From an uncultured Puniceicoccaceae bacterium (lineage in GTDB: Bacteria > Verrucomicrobiota > Verrucomicrobiia > Opitutales > Oceanipulchritudinaceae), in NCBI GenBank assembly GCA_963933835.1, contig CAWVVV010000006.1, forward strand, positions 1 through 64,000: a stretch of DNA of 64,000 nt, read 5' to 3'. Positions 39,402 through 47,961 of the stretch are shown here, one piece after another. The position numbers were made by a program, and so were the translations under genes. The notes below the pieces were generated by a model. The model searched no databases. It was given only the letters and a program-made list of their open reading frames with translations, and was not told the origin of the DNA. Position 1 is the stretch's first letter; each line of letters opens with the position of its first letter.

Positions 39402-39865
39402 TGCAGCTTGCCGTAATCTTCGTCGAGATCAGGGCGGGCAACTTCGGGTTTGAGCTCTTCGGAGCTTCGGAGCCACTGAATGTCGAAACAGCGGATGACC
39501 ATGACGACTGCAATGAGAATACCGCCTAGAACGAACGTCCAAATTTCGCGCTGAGGCACCAGTTCTCTTTCTGCGATGAGATCTCGCATTTCATAGCCAA
39601 AATAGACCGACAGCACGAGAGATAAGATCGCTCCCAGAGGGTAGACCACGATCGCGACTTCACGTACGAGTTCAATTGGACTGCGCCAGATAACAATACT
39701 CGCAACGCCCCATAGGAACCAGAAGCCAAAAGCAAAAAGACCAAAGTATCTCGCGTCTTCAAACTCTCCTCTCATTACGAATGTGCCGGAGATGAGAACG
39801 AAATACACACCGAGAGCAGCGAGCAGAATCTGGCTTAAGCGAAGAAGAATTCCTTTAATGACCAT
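39398..39865 (-). CDS. Hypothetical membrane protein (about 4 TM)
   Basis: Four hydrophobic segments; fills the gap between lnt and rsmE. Confidence 0.6.
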   Translation of the reverse strand: MVIKGILLRLSQILLAALGVYFVLISGTFVMRGEFEDARYFGLFAFGFWFLWGVASIVIWRSPIELVREVAIVVYPLGAILSLVLSVYFGYEMRDLIAERELVPQREIWTFVLGGILIAVVMVIRCFDIQWLRSSEELKPEVARPDLDEDYGKLH

Positions 39866-39934
39866 GAGGGGAGGCTTTCAGCAAGTCGGACGCTGTAAAA
39901 GTTAGATAGGACAGTGCTTATGCCTAAGCTAGGG

Positions 39935-40693
39935 TCAAGATCGGACGTCCTTCCGAAAGGTATGTAAGACGATAGCGAGAAGAGCGCAGCTAGCGGTTTC
40001 GACCCGCAGGATGCGTGGCCCGAGTGTGACACCTGTCCAGCCATAGCTGGTAAACGCGGCATACTCGGCCGCTGAGAAGTCACCTTCGGGACCGATCGCG
40101 AGGCGGATTTTACCACCCTGAGTCGTTTTGAAGCGCTCGTGGTCAAGCGCGTCATGCAGGGAGACGCTTGCTGGCGTCAATGCGGCGACGAGCGCACTGC
40201 CTTCCGCTGGCTGGGAATCTTTGGAGAGCAAATCCAGCAGGCGGGCGGGCGGGTCGATGCGAGGTAGCCAGGGATTGCCGCACTGCTTGACCGCTTCCTC
40301 GGCGGCGGCCATCCACTTTTGCTGTTTTTGAGCTGCGCGCTCCGCGTCTAGTTGGACGTCACCGTGCTCAGTGAGGATAGGCCGGATACGAGTCACCCCA
40401 AGTTCGGTAGCTCGCTGGACGATCCCATCCATGAGTTTGCCCTTGGGGATCGATTGCCACAGTTCGACTGACCAACTGGGAGCGGGTTCTGTTTCCGCAA
40501 AGGTGATCTCAAGAATGGCTTCGCGGGCATCCGCGTCAGCGAGATGGGTCCACGCTCTGCGCCCTCGGCCGTCTAGGACCTCAATGCGTTGCCCCTCGGC
40601 AGCGCGGCGGACACGGACGAGGTGATGGCTTTCTTCCTTAGAAAGCGTGATCGTTCCAGAGTCGGGGATATTTGGGTGAAATGTTCGAAGCAT
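39935..40693 (-). CDS. rsmE: 16S rRNA (uracil1498-N3)-methyltransferase
   Basis: HHLVRVRR, KGKLMD..ATELGV, IGPEGDF and LGPRILRVETA motifs. Confidence 0.93.
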   Translation of the reverse strand: MLRTFHPNIPDSGTITLSKEESHHLVRVRRAAEGQRIEVLDGRGRRAWTHLADADAREAILEITFAETEPAPSWSVELWQSIPKGKLMDGIVQRATELGVTRIRPILTEHGDVQLDAERAAQKQQKWMAAAEEAVKQCGNPWLPRIDPPARLLDLLSKDSQPAEGSALVAALTPASVSLHDALDHERFKTTQGGKIRLAIGPEGDFSAAEYAAFTSYGWTGVTLGPRILRVETASCALLAIVLHTFRKDVRS

Positions 40694-40746
40694 GGGTTGA
40701 TGAAGAGTGCTTAGACACGCTCGCTCAGTTCTCTGTCTCCGAAAAC

Positions 40747-40826
40747 AAAAAAACCGCTCATTTTCATGAGCGGCTTTCTTAGTGCTTAACCAAACTAAAA
40801 CTTAACTGTAACTAATTCTGCTGTTC
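40747..40826 (-). ncRNA. Putative small RNA, sibling 1 (~80 nt)
   Basis: GAACAGCAGAAUUAGUUACAGUUAAGUUUUAGUUUGGUUAAGCACUAAGAAA, then hairpin GCCGCUCAU-GAAA-AUGAGCGGU and a U-run. It has its own promoter and a paralog 190 bp away, and no ORF. Confidence 0.7.
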
Positions 40827-40833
40827 AAATAAG

Positions 40834-40862
40834 TAGAGTGAGGTCACGCCGGATGTGTTCAA
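40834..40862 (-). promoter_or_regulatory. ECF/sigmaE-type promoter of sRNA 1
   Basis: Minus strand TTGAAC-N19-TCTA, then 7 nt to the conserved GAACAGCA. Confidence 0.6.
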
Positions 40863-40935
40863 AAAATTATCAACAATATTGAAAAAGTTTTTTGAGGGCA
40901 GGGAATCCCTGTGTTTAAGCGCCTCTTCGAGGCAC

Positions 40936-41012
40936 AAAAAAACCGCCCATTTTCATGGACGGCTTTTCAAGTGCTTAACAAAACTAAAAACTACTGAAAC
41001 TAAATGCTGTTC
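40936..41012 (-). ncRNA. Putative small RNA, sibling 2 (~77 nt)
   Basis: GAACAGCAUUUAGUUUCAGUAGUUUUUAGUUUUGUUAAGCACUUGAAAA, then hairpin GCCGUCCAU-GAAA-AUGGGCGGU and a U-run. Confidence 0.7.
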
Positions 41013-41019
41013 TCTTATG

Positions 41020-41048
41020 TAGAACGCCCCGAAGAGCTATTTGTTCAA
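41020..41048 (-). promoter_or_regulatory. ECF/sigmaE-type promoter of sRNA 2
   Basis: Minus strand TTGAAC-N19-TCTA, then 7 nt to GAACAGCA. The spacer sequence differs from copy 1 but its length is identical. Confidence 0.6.
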
Positions 41049-41096
41049 AATTCTTTTCGAAAAGCTGCAGTTTTTGAATTTTCTTCACATAGGCCT

Positions 41097-42080
41097 CTAG
41101 AAAAGAGCGTTCGCGACGCCGGTGACTGCTGTGATCGGCCCCGCATCACCAAAGCTGTCGAGTGCTTGGTCGGCCTTTTGTAGCATTGAGCGCAGCTCGC
41201 GGTAGAGTTCATCATCGTTGATCAATTTAGTGAGGGTGCCGTCGCCGTTGTTGAGCTGCTCGGAGAAGAGGCGGAGATTCTCGGCCGTCTTTTGTAGGTC
41301 CACCGCGATGGTATCGTCGTAAAGGAGCTTTCCAAGCGAGCCTTCGCCCGCTTCGAGGTTTTGGAAAACGGTCTGGGCGTCCGTCATGAGGATTTTTGCT
41401 TCGCTGGCAGCCGCTTTGATCTCAGTCACGGCGGAGAGGAGCTCGTTGTAGCCTTCGTCATCATTAATCAGTTTTCCGAGCGTGCCTTCGGTCGAAGCGA
41501 GGGCGGAGGTCACTTTTTCCAGATTATCGAGCACGACGGTCAGCTGCTCGCCATTCTTCTCTACGAGGTTATTGATGTTATCCATCAGGTTGCCGGGGCC
41601 ACCTTCACCGCCACCGGTGAAGCTTTCGATTGCGCCACCGAGCTTCTCGCCGATTTCGCCGACCTGACTGAGGACGTCGTTAAAGTCAGTTGATTCGGTC
41701 GTTCCGATCGGGCTGGTGCTGCTGAGGTAGATCGATGAGCTGCCGTAGCTCACGTCGACGTAGTTCTGCCCGAGCAGACTGGCCATCGCGATGCTCGCGA
41801 TCGAGTCGTCGGGGATCTTGACCGATTCGTCGATGAGGAGAGTGGCTTCAGCGCGGCCTTCATTTAGGCGGGTAATTTCGACGACACCGATGCGCACGCC
41901 AGCGAGGCGAACGTCTGAGCCAGGTGTGAGGGTCTTAATGTCGTCAAAGCCTGCGGTCAGGACGTAGCCCTTTTCTTTCGCAAGCGTGCCGCCTCCGACG
42001 ACGGAAAAGACGATGTAAGTGAGGGCGAGGCCGAGGAGGAAGAAGAGGCCAACCCCTGTAGCTTGGAGTCCGGTTTTCAT
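41097..42080 (-). CDS. mlaD: MCE/MlaD family protein with long helical C-terminus
   Basis: N-terminal TM, MCE domain (GSDVRLAGVRIGVV..SLLGQNYV) and repeated GTLGKLIND motifs. Confidence 0.88.
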   Translation of the reverse strand: MKTGLQATGVGLFFLLGLALTYIVFSVVGGGTLAKEKGYVLTAGFDDIKTLTPGSDVRLAGVRIGVVEITRLNEGRAEATLLIDESVKIPDDSIASIAMASLLGQNYVDVSYGSSSIYLSSTSPIGTTESTDFNDVLSQVGEIGEKLGGAIESFTGGGEGGPGNLMDNINNLVEKNGEQLTVVLDNLEKVTSALASTEGTLGKLINDDEGYNELLSAVTEIKAAASEAKILMTDAQTVFQNLEAGEGSLGKLLYDDTIAVDLQKTAENLRLFSEQLNNGDGTLTKLINDDELYRELRSMLQKADQALDSFGDAGPITAVTGVANALF

Positions 42081-42082
42081 AG

Positions 42083-42844
42083 TTAAGCTTGGTTTGAAGA
42101 AGATTTAATGGCGGGGTGCATGAAGCTGTGGACAGCGTCGTCGGAGCTCTTATCGAGGTCTTCGGGTGCACCCAGAAAGACAAGTTTACCGTCCATTAGA
42201 AGGCCGGCTTGGTCGGCGATCCCTTGAGTGAGCTCGCGATCGTGAGTGACGATAAAGGTGGTTGCGCCGGTCCGGTCGCGGACGTCGCGGATGAGCTCGC
42301 TGACGGTAGCAGCGGTAAGTGGATCGAGCTCAGAGGTCGGCTCGTCGTAGAGAATGACCTGCGGCTCCATTACGATCGAACGAGCGACGGCGACTCGCTT
42401 GCGCATCCCACCGGAGAGTTCAGCTGGAATCTTCTTTGCGGTATCAGCGATATTGAGTGCCTCCATCGCACTCTCGACCCGTTGCTTGATTTCGGCTTCG
42501 TTGCAAAGGCGATGTTCGCGGAGGTAGAGCGCGAGGTTATCGTAAACCGTCATCGAGTTGAAGAGGGCGCCGGACTGGAAGACAATCGCGGTTTGAATCT
42601 CGTCGTGCGTTTCCGGATCAGCCGCGTTTAAGTCCGCGATGAGCGCTTCTCCACTGTCGGCGGCTTCAAGGCCGATGAGGTGGCGGAGTAGGACAGACTT
42701 ACCAGAGCCACTTGGCCCCATGAGGGCGAAGATTTGGCCAGGCTCGACTTTGAAGCTGACGCCTTTCAGCACCTCTTGATCGCCGTAGGCCTTCTTCAAT
42801 TCGCGCACCTCAATCGAGGCGGCTTGAGTTTCAGTTGCGGTCAT
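42083..42844 (-). CDS. mlaF: MlaF family ABC ATPase
   Basis: GPSGSGKS, FQSGALFNSMTV, LSGGMRKRVA and YDEPTSELDP motifs. Confidence 0.9.
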   Translation of the reverse strand: MTATETQAASIEVRELKKAYGDQEVLKGVSFKVEPGQIFALMGPSGSGKSVLLRHLIGLEAADSGEALIADLNAADPETHDEIQTAIVFQSGALFNSMTVYDNLALYLREHRLCNEAEIKQRVESAMEALNIADTAKKIPAELSGGMRKRVAVARSIVMEPQVILYDEPTSELDPLTAATVSELIRDVRDRTGATTFIVTHDRELTQGIADQAGLLMDGKLVFLGAPEDLDKSSDDAVHSFMHPAIKSSSNQA

Positions 42845-43602
42845 GTTGCGATGAGAATGTTAGTGATGAAGTAATCAACCGCGAGGATAAGAGTAATCGA
42901 GACAACGACAGCCTTCGTCACGGCTTGGCCAATCTCACGCGGTCCACCTTTTGCTTGTAGGCCGATCATACAAGCAACGGATAGTATGAGGATGCCAAAG
43001 ACTTGTCCTTTGATCAGCCCGTCGATGAGGGCATCGGCATCAACGTATTGCTTGAGCGCTGCGTAGTAGGCATCTGATGACAAATCGATCCATGGAACGG
43101 TCATGACGGCGATTTGCCCACCGATCCAGCCAGTCACGATCGAGACGATAACAAGAAAGGGCATTACGAAGGTAATCGCCGCAAGACGTGGTAGCACGAG
43201 GATGCGCTCGGGTGGGATCCGCATTGTTTCGAGCGCATCGACTTCCTTATAGACGCGCATTGAGGCAAGCTCGGCCGTCGTAGCGGAGACGACGCGTCCG
43301 GCGACCATGATGGCTGTCATTACGGGGCCGAGTTCGCGGACCATTGCGACGCCAACGATCGAGCCGATGTATTCCATGATCTGGATTGAACGCATGGCAT
43401 CACCGATCTGGAGCGCGAGCACGGCGCCGATCGATAAACTGAGGAGCGCAACGAGCGGTACGGTCGCGTAGCCCATGAACCAAGCGTGGTCGAGGCAGCG
43501 CTTCCACTGTCGCGGAAGAGTAGGGAGGTAGCGGAGAGATCGGATCACGAGTAGAACCGTCTCTCCGACGCCGCTCAAAAAGGATTTCACGATTGAGATC
43601 AT
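42841..43602 (-). CDS. mlaE: MlaE family ABC permease
   Basis: VRELGPVMTAIMVAGRV..AELASM..EVDALE..LPR and GQAVTKAVV motifs. Confidence 0.9.
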   Translation of the reverse strand: MISIVKSFLSGVGETVLLVIRSLRYLPTLPRQWKRCLDHAWFMGYATVPLVALLSLSIGAVLALQIGDAMRSIQIMEYIGSIVGVAMVRELGPVMTAIMVAGRVVSATTAELASMRVYKEVDALETMRIPPERILVLPRLAAITFVMPFLVIVSIVTGWIGGQIAVMTVPWIDLSSDAYYAALKQYVDADALIDGLIKGQVFGILILSVACMIGLQAKGGPREIGQAVTKAVVVSITLILAVDYFITNILIAT

Positions 43603-45041
43603 GGTTGTTTACTCCCTTGGGATTGCCAGAAGAAGCTCCACGCGCGGGGCGCTTCACTTTCAAAAGAGATGAGGCCGCGGAGAAATTTCCAACGAACGTT
43701 GTCTTCGCTCATGCGGGTATGCTGATAGAAAGGACCGAACTGGCAGCGTTCACGCCCCTCGCCATCGGATTCGAGGACAAGTAAGTTCCACAGGAACGAG
43801 TGGCGCTTATCTTCGCCTTGGCGGTCATAGCGGTAGATCGTAGTGAGTGGCGTCCAGTTGGCCTGGATCTTTTCGTTGTTCGGAAAGAAAATGGTGAACA
43901 GATCGAGACCTTGAATCTGGACATGGCCTTGACCATCGTTCCAGTGACTGAAGAGCGGCCAGAGGTGCTGTTTACGGGCGACGAAGCCGGCATCGTTGGA
44001 CTGCTTTTCGCCTCGGTAAATAAAATAGAGCACTTGGGTGCGGTGGCGGGTGAGGAAATTGAGATCGATTTTTTCGTATCTCAGGATGGGCCAAAGAAAC
44101 CACCATTTTTCCCGCTCGCGCTCGCTCTGGTTACTATAGAAAGGCATCCAGCGGTTCTTATACTGTTCTTCGCCCCGTCCTTGCACGAAAAATGGCCAAA
44201 AGTAGCGAACTTCTTTGTAGTCTGGGCGTGGGTCGGACTCCTGAGTATGACCGAAGAAAGGCCAGGCGAATGTCTGTGAGAAGAGTCCATCGGCTGTCTC
44301 TTGGGTATAAAATGGAAGGACGCCCAACTGGTGCAGTCCATCGCGATCTGGCCGCAGATCCTTGTTATCATACATGAAAGGCCAGAGCGCGTAGCGTTTC
44401 TCGTAAACGTCCGGGCGGGTGAAGCTCCCCGCCATCGGCCAGAGGCCAAAACCATGCGCCTCGCCTGTCAGGGTTTGCACGAAAGGCCATGGCGTGCTGT
44501 AGCGCACTTCGCCACGTTTCTCAGTCCGGATGTAGAGTGGCCATAGGGCGAAGTTGACGTGCTCACGCCCAAAGAAACCATCAAAGCCTCCTGCGAGAGG
44601 CCAAAATGCGCGTGTTTTGCGTCCCGTATTGGGATCGCTTTCATAGAAAAGAAACGGCCATAGTTCGTTTTTCCGCACCCGCCCTTCGTCTAATTTGCTC
44701 CCGCGGATAAGGTTGAGAAAATGCCAATGGCTCGCGCCCTCTGTTGAATAGAAGTTGAGAAACGGATAAAGAATGTGCGTCGACTGGGCATTGAGCTGAG
44801 GCTTTTCGATTTGAACCCAGAGCGGACGGATCGTCGTGACTTCTCGCTCCCCCTGAACTTCGTAGTGCCCGAACAAAGGACCGAGCGCCGTCTGCTCGTT
44901 CGCCCGTCCGACATCGTCTAGGAGCAAAGAGACGGGGCCTGGCCAGAGATTGTCCACGCTGTCAGTGAACGCCTCCAAGTCAGGTGTCCGACATAAGACC
45001 CCCATGCAGATGAGGAGGCTTAGGGTGAGTGAACGCCGCAT
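43599..45041 (-). CDS. Exported aromatic/Trp-Pro repeat protein heading the mlaEFD operon
   Basis: Signal-peptide-like start MRRSLTLSLLICMG. About 20 repeats of [LF]WP[FL][FY]-type motifs. Its stop overlaps the mlaE start. Confidence 0.75.
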   Translation of the reverse strand: MRRSLTLSLLICMGVLCRTPDLEAFTDSVDNLWPGPVSLLLDDVGRANEQTALGPLFGHYEVQGEREVTTIRPLWVQIEKPQLNAQSTHILYPFLNFYSTEGASHWHFLNLIRGSKLDEGRVRKNELWPFLFYESDPNTGRKTRAFWPLAGGFDGFFGREHVNFALWPLYIRTEKRGEVRYSTPWPFVQTLTGEAHGFGLWPMAGSFTRPDVYEKRYALWPFMYDNKDLRPDRDGLHQLGVLPFYTQETADGLFSQTFAWPFFGHTQESDPRPDYKEVRYFWPFFVQGRGEEQYKNRWMPFYSNQSEREREKWWFLWPILRYEKIDLNFLTRHRTQVLYFIYRGEKQSNDAGFVARKQHLWPLFSHWNDGQGHVQIQGLDLFTIFFPNNEKIQANWTPLTTIYRYDRQGEDKRHSFLWNLLVLESDGEGRERCQFGPFYQHTRMSEDNVRWKFLRGLISFESEAPRAWSFFWQSQGSKQP

Positions 45042-45251
45042 TATCGTTAAGTTGGAAAAACAGTCGTCTCGGTCAGATGTCTCACGGGCGTTCGCCGAAA
45101 TTTCCGGTTTCGCTTTCGTGCTCAACATCCAACTCAAGCATTCATCGAACGTCAGTCCGAAAAGCGACAATGGCAAAGCGAAAGTTCATCTCTAAAACGG
45201 ACGACTGAAGAGGGTTGTCGGCGCGCACAATAAGCGCTTTGTTCTCACCCC

Positions 45252-45806
45252 GTGCGTATCACAGGAGGCAGAGCCCGAGGCATCCCACTCGTCGTCGGTC
45301 GAGGGAAAGAAGTGCGACCAGCAACTGACCGAATGCGCGAGGCGCTCTTTTCGAGTTTAGCTGGGCGGATCGATGGCGCGCGCGTGCTCGATCTTTTTGC
45401 CGGATCGGGTGCCTACGGCCTCGAAGCATGGTCACGCGGCGCGGCGTCAGTTGAGTTGCACGAGAAGCACGCTGCGACCGTGCGTTGTCTGGAACGCAAT
45501 CTGGAGAACGTTGCCCGTAGTCTCGGCCAATCGACCGAGCTTGCGACGGTTCACCGCTCCGACCTCTATAAGTCAAAGCTCTCGGGCACCTTCGACCTCA
45601 TTCTCGCTGACCCCCCATACCCTGATCTGCGCCACGCCGTCCCGCACATCCGAGAGATTGCTACGGCATGCCTCGCGCCGGATGGACTCCTCTGTCTCGA
45701 AACCCCCGGAGGTCGCATCCCCGAGCTCGCCGGCTTTACGCTCCTGAAAAGCATCGGCAAAGGCCGCGACCAGCCGTGTGTGTCTCTATATACGCGAAAG
45801 GATTGA
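45252..45806 (+). CDS. rsmD: 16S rRNA (guanine966-N2)-methyltransferase
   Basis: MRITGG.ARG, VRPATDRMREALF, LDLFAGSG and DPPY motifs. Confidence 0.92.
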   Translation: MRITGGRARGIPLVVGRGKEVRPATDRMREALFSSLAGRIDGARVLDLFAGSGAYGLEAWSRGAASVELHEKHAATVRCLERNLENVARSLGQSTELATVHRSDLYKSKLSGTFDLILADPPYPDLRHAVPHIREIATACLAPDGLLCLETPGGRIPELAGFTLLKSIGKGRDQPCVSLYTRKD

Positions 45807-45895
45807 GACACTCATCCTTCTGTTTTCGGCTAGGCTATATTTTGTGCAATAAGTGGATAGGTTGAGGCTTCAACTTAGAAGCAATAGATTCTATC

Positions 45896-46405
45896 ATGCG
45901 ACTCTCCAAGACGCTCATAGTATTCTTCAGTCTTCTTACGGTTCATTCTGCTCAAGCAGAGAGCTCTAGCTTATTTCAGCACAAGATCAGCGATCCCGTG
46001 CGACAGAAAGAGTTCTCATTGAAGAAGAAGCTTATCTTGGCCGGTTACGATGTAGTGAGCTATCAGCAGGAAGGTGGGCCTAAGAAAGGGGTTTCTCAGA
46101 TCCAGACGAACTACAAAGGGGTTACGTACTACTTTTTAAGTGAAGCTAATAAATCTGAATTCAGTTCTGACCCTCAGCGCTATGAACCGCTTTACGGCGG
46201 CTGGTGTGCTTACGCTATGCTCGATGGATCGAAGACTGCGGTTGATCCAGAAACATTTAAAATTGTCGATCAACGGCTGCTCGTTTTCTACAACGGAGTT
46301 TGGGGCAATACATTAGAAAGATGGGATAAAATGCTCATCGATAAAGTGACCGATACCGCATTGATCAAACAAGCGGATGAAGAATGGGATGACATCCTGC
46401 GCTAA
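45896..46405 (+). CDS. YHS-domain exported protein
   Basis: Signal peptide, GYDVVSY, YYFLSEANK.EF..DP.RYEPLYGGWCAYAM. Confidence 0.85.
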   Translation: MRLSKTLIVFFSLLTVHSAQAESSSLFQHKISDPVRQKEFSLKKKLILAGYDVVSYQQEGGPKKGVSQIQTNYKGVTYYFLSEANKSEFSSDPQRYEPLYGGWCAYAMLDGSKTAVDPETFKIVDQRLLVFYNGVWGNTLERWDKMLIDKVTDTALIKQADEEWDDILR

Positions 46406-46474
46406 GTTGCTCCGGTATTTTTAATGTAGGTTTGTTGTCTTTTCTGCGACAGAGCTCAGAAGACAAAGCGTATC

Positions 46475-46942
46475 CTAATTGTGCTCGGATTTATATACAC
46501 TCACAAGTCTCTCGTCTTTTTTCGGGCCGGTGATGCGCCAATTGAGGCGAAGGGTGGTGCCTGCGATCTCAAGGTTTAGCGCGTAGACATCTTCACCGCA
46601 GAGGTGAGGGCTTGGGGAGTGAAAGCTTTGACCGGTGGCGGGCTCTTTGAGTTCGGCGAGGAGGACGGGTTTGTCGCGGCGACGGTGGGAGAGCTGGATG
46701 CTGTTCTCGGCCCGGTTCCATTGCCAGTGGTTAGTCGTGGCGATGGTTTTACCTTCAGCGGTGGTTAGAGTGCCCTTTTCGATGAAGTCGATTTGGTCGC
46801 CGTCGGCGGACTTTTGAACTTCGACCGTGCCGTTCGTTTCACCCGTCCAGCCAGTCTTGGAGTTAGGGCCGCTCGCGACGGTGCTAGTGAAGGAGCGGAT
46901 AGTTGGCAGGATTCGCCAGAGGTCTGTGAGCGTAGGCCGCAT
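46475..46942 (-). CDS. DUF6314-like hypothetical protein
   Basis: HLCGEDVY...WRITGPKKD motif; start set at ATG 46942. Confidence 0.65.
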   Translation of the reverse strand: MRPTLTDLWRILPTIRSFTSTVASGPNSKTGWTGETNGTVEVQKSADGDQIDFIEKGTLTTAEGKTIATTNHWQWNRAENSIQLSHRRRDKPVLLAELKEPATGQSFHSPSPHLCGEDVYALNLEIAGTTLRLNWRITGPKKDERLVSVYKSEHN

Positions 46943-46959
46943 GCTTAGAAGGGAGTTGA

Positions 46960-47026
46960 AACCACAAAAGGCACAATAGACACAAAATTTTGCAGTCGTA
47001 TTGTGAGTTTTGTGTCTTTTGTGGTT
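46960..47026. repeat. Imperfect inverted repeat AACCACAAAAGGCACAA...TTTTGTGTCTTTTGTGGTT
   Basis: About 26-bp arms built from 9-bp CACAA subrepeats, between divergent genes. Confidence 0.65.
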
Positions 47027-47055
47027 CCACCTTTGTATGCTAGTAAGTTGAGCGA

Positions 47056-47901
47056 ATGGTTTATTTATGGATAGTGACGGTGTTGTGGGCATTTTCATTT
47101 AGCTTCATCGGGGTGTATCTTTCGGGGCAGGTGGATAGCTACTTCATGGTGCTGATGCGCTTGGTCTTGGCCGCGGTCGCGTTTCTACCGTTTGTCCTCC
47201 GGGCGCGGGTCGAGGCGAAGCTGGCGCTGCAGCTGATGGGCATCGGGGCGGTGCAGCTGGGGATGATGTATCTGTTTTATTACAACAGCTTTCTATTGCT
47301 CAGTGTGCCAGAGGTGTTGCTCTTCACCATCTTCACCCCGCTCTACGTCACCCTGATGCACGATTTGGCGGCGCGGCGGTTTTCGCCGGTATATTTAGGC
47401 ACGGCGCTCTTGACCGTGATCGGGACGGCGGTGATACGCTGGGGTGGACTGACGAATGATTACTGGATCGGCTTCCTTGTCGTGCAGGGAGCGAATCTCT
47501 GTTTCGCCTTTGGGCAAGTGGCCTACAAGCGAGTCTTTGCGGAGCGCCCATCGTTGCCCCAGTACCAGACTTTTGGATACTTCTTTATCGGTGCGAGTAT
47601 CGTCGCACTGGTGGCCTATGGATTACTGGGTGAAGCGAAGTATCCGACAACAGGCCTGCAGTGGGGACTTCTCGTGTGGCTAGGGCTGGGAGCGAGTGGG
47701 CTTGGATACTACCTTTGGAACTATGGCGCGAGTCAGGTGAACGCAGGAACACTCGCTGTGATGAACAACGCCTTGGTGCCTGCAGGGCTACTTGTGAATC
47801 TTCTCATCTGGAATCGTGAAGTTGACTTCGTGCGGCTGCTAGCGGGCGGTGTGCTGATCGTCGGCGCGCTGATGATTAGTTTAAAGAGAAGTAATGAATG
47901 A
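47056..47901 (+). CDS. EamA/DMT family transporter (YigM-like carboxylate/amino acid/amine transporter)
   Basis: About 10 TM; LWAFSFSFIG.YL.GQVDSYF and VNAGTLAVMNN motifs. Confidence 0.85.
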   Translation: MVYLWIVTVLWAFSFSFIGVYLSGQVDSYFMVLMRLVLAAVAFLPFVLRARVEAKLALQLMGIGAVQLGMMYLFYYNSFLLLSVPEVLLFTIFTPLYVTLMHDLAARRFSPVYLGTALLTVIGTAVIRWGGLTNDYWIGFLVVQGANLCFAFGQVAYKRVFAERPSLPQYQTFGYFFIGASIVALVAYGLLGEAKYPTTGLQWGLLVWLGLGASGLGYYLWNYGASQVNAGTLAVMNNALVPAGLLVNLLIWNREVDFVRLLAGGVLIVGALMISLKRSNE

Positions 47902-47927
47902 TGATGACCGTGCAGGTGCGGCTTTTC

Positions 47928-47953
47928 CATTCATCACTCAAAATTCATCATTC
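47928..47953 (+). repeat. Heptamer-based repeat, left arm of a 26-bp inverted pair flanking hemL
   Basis: CATTCATCACTCAAAATTCATCATTC. Confidence 0.7.
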
Positions 47954-47961
47954 ATAATGGG

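Noticed and set aside
40747..41048. The two repeats as a CRISPR mini-array or a type I toxin-antitoxin locus
   Set aside because: The units are ~115 bp, diverged, and each has its own promoter and terminator. There are no cas genes and no small hydrophobic ORF.
46943..47098. Cys/His-rich N-terminal extension (NHKRHKTH...FCVYCAFCG) of the DUF6314-like ORF
   Set aside because: It is translation of the inverted repeat, not a zinc finger.
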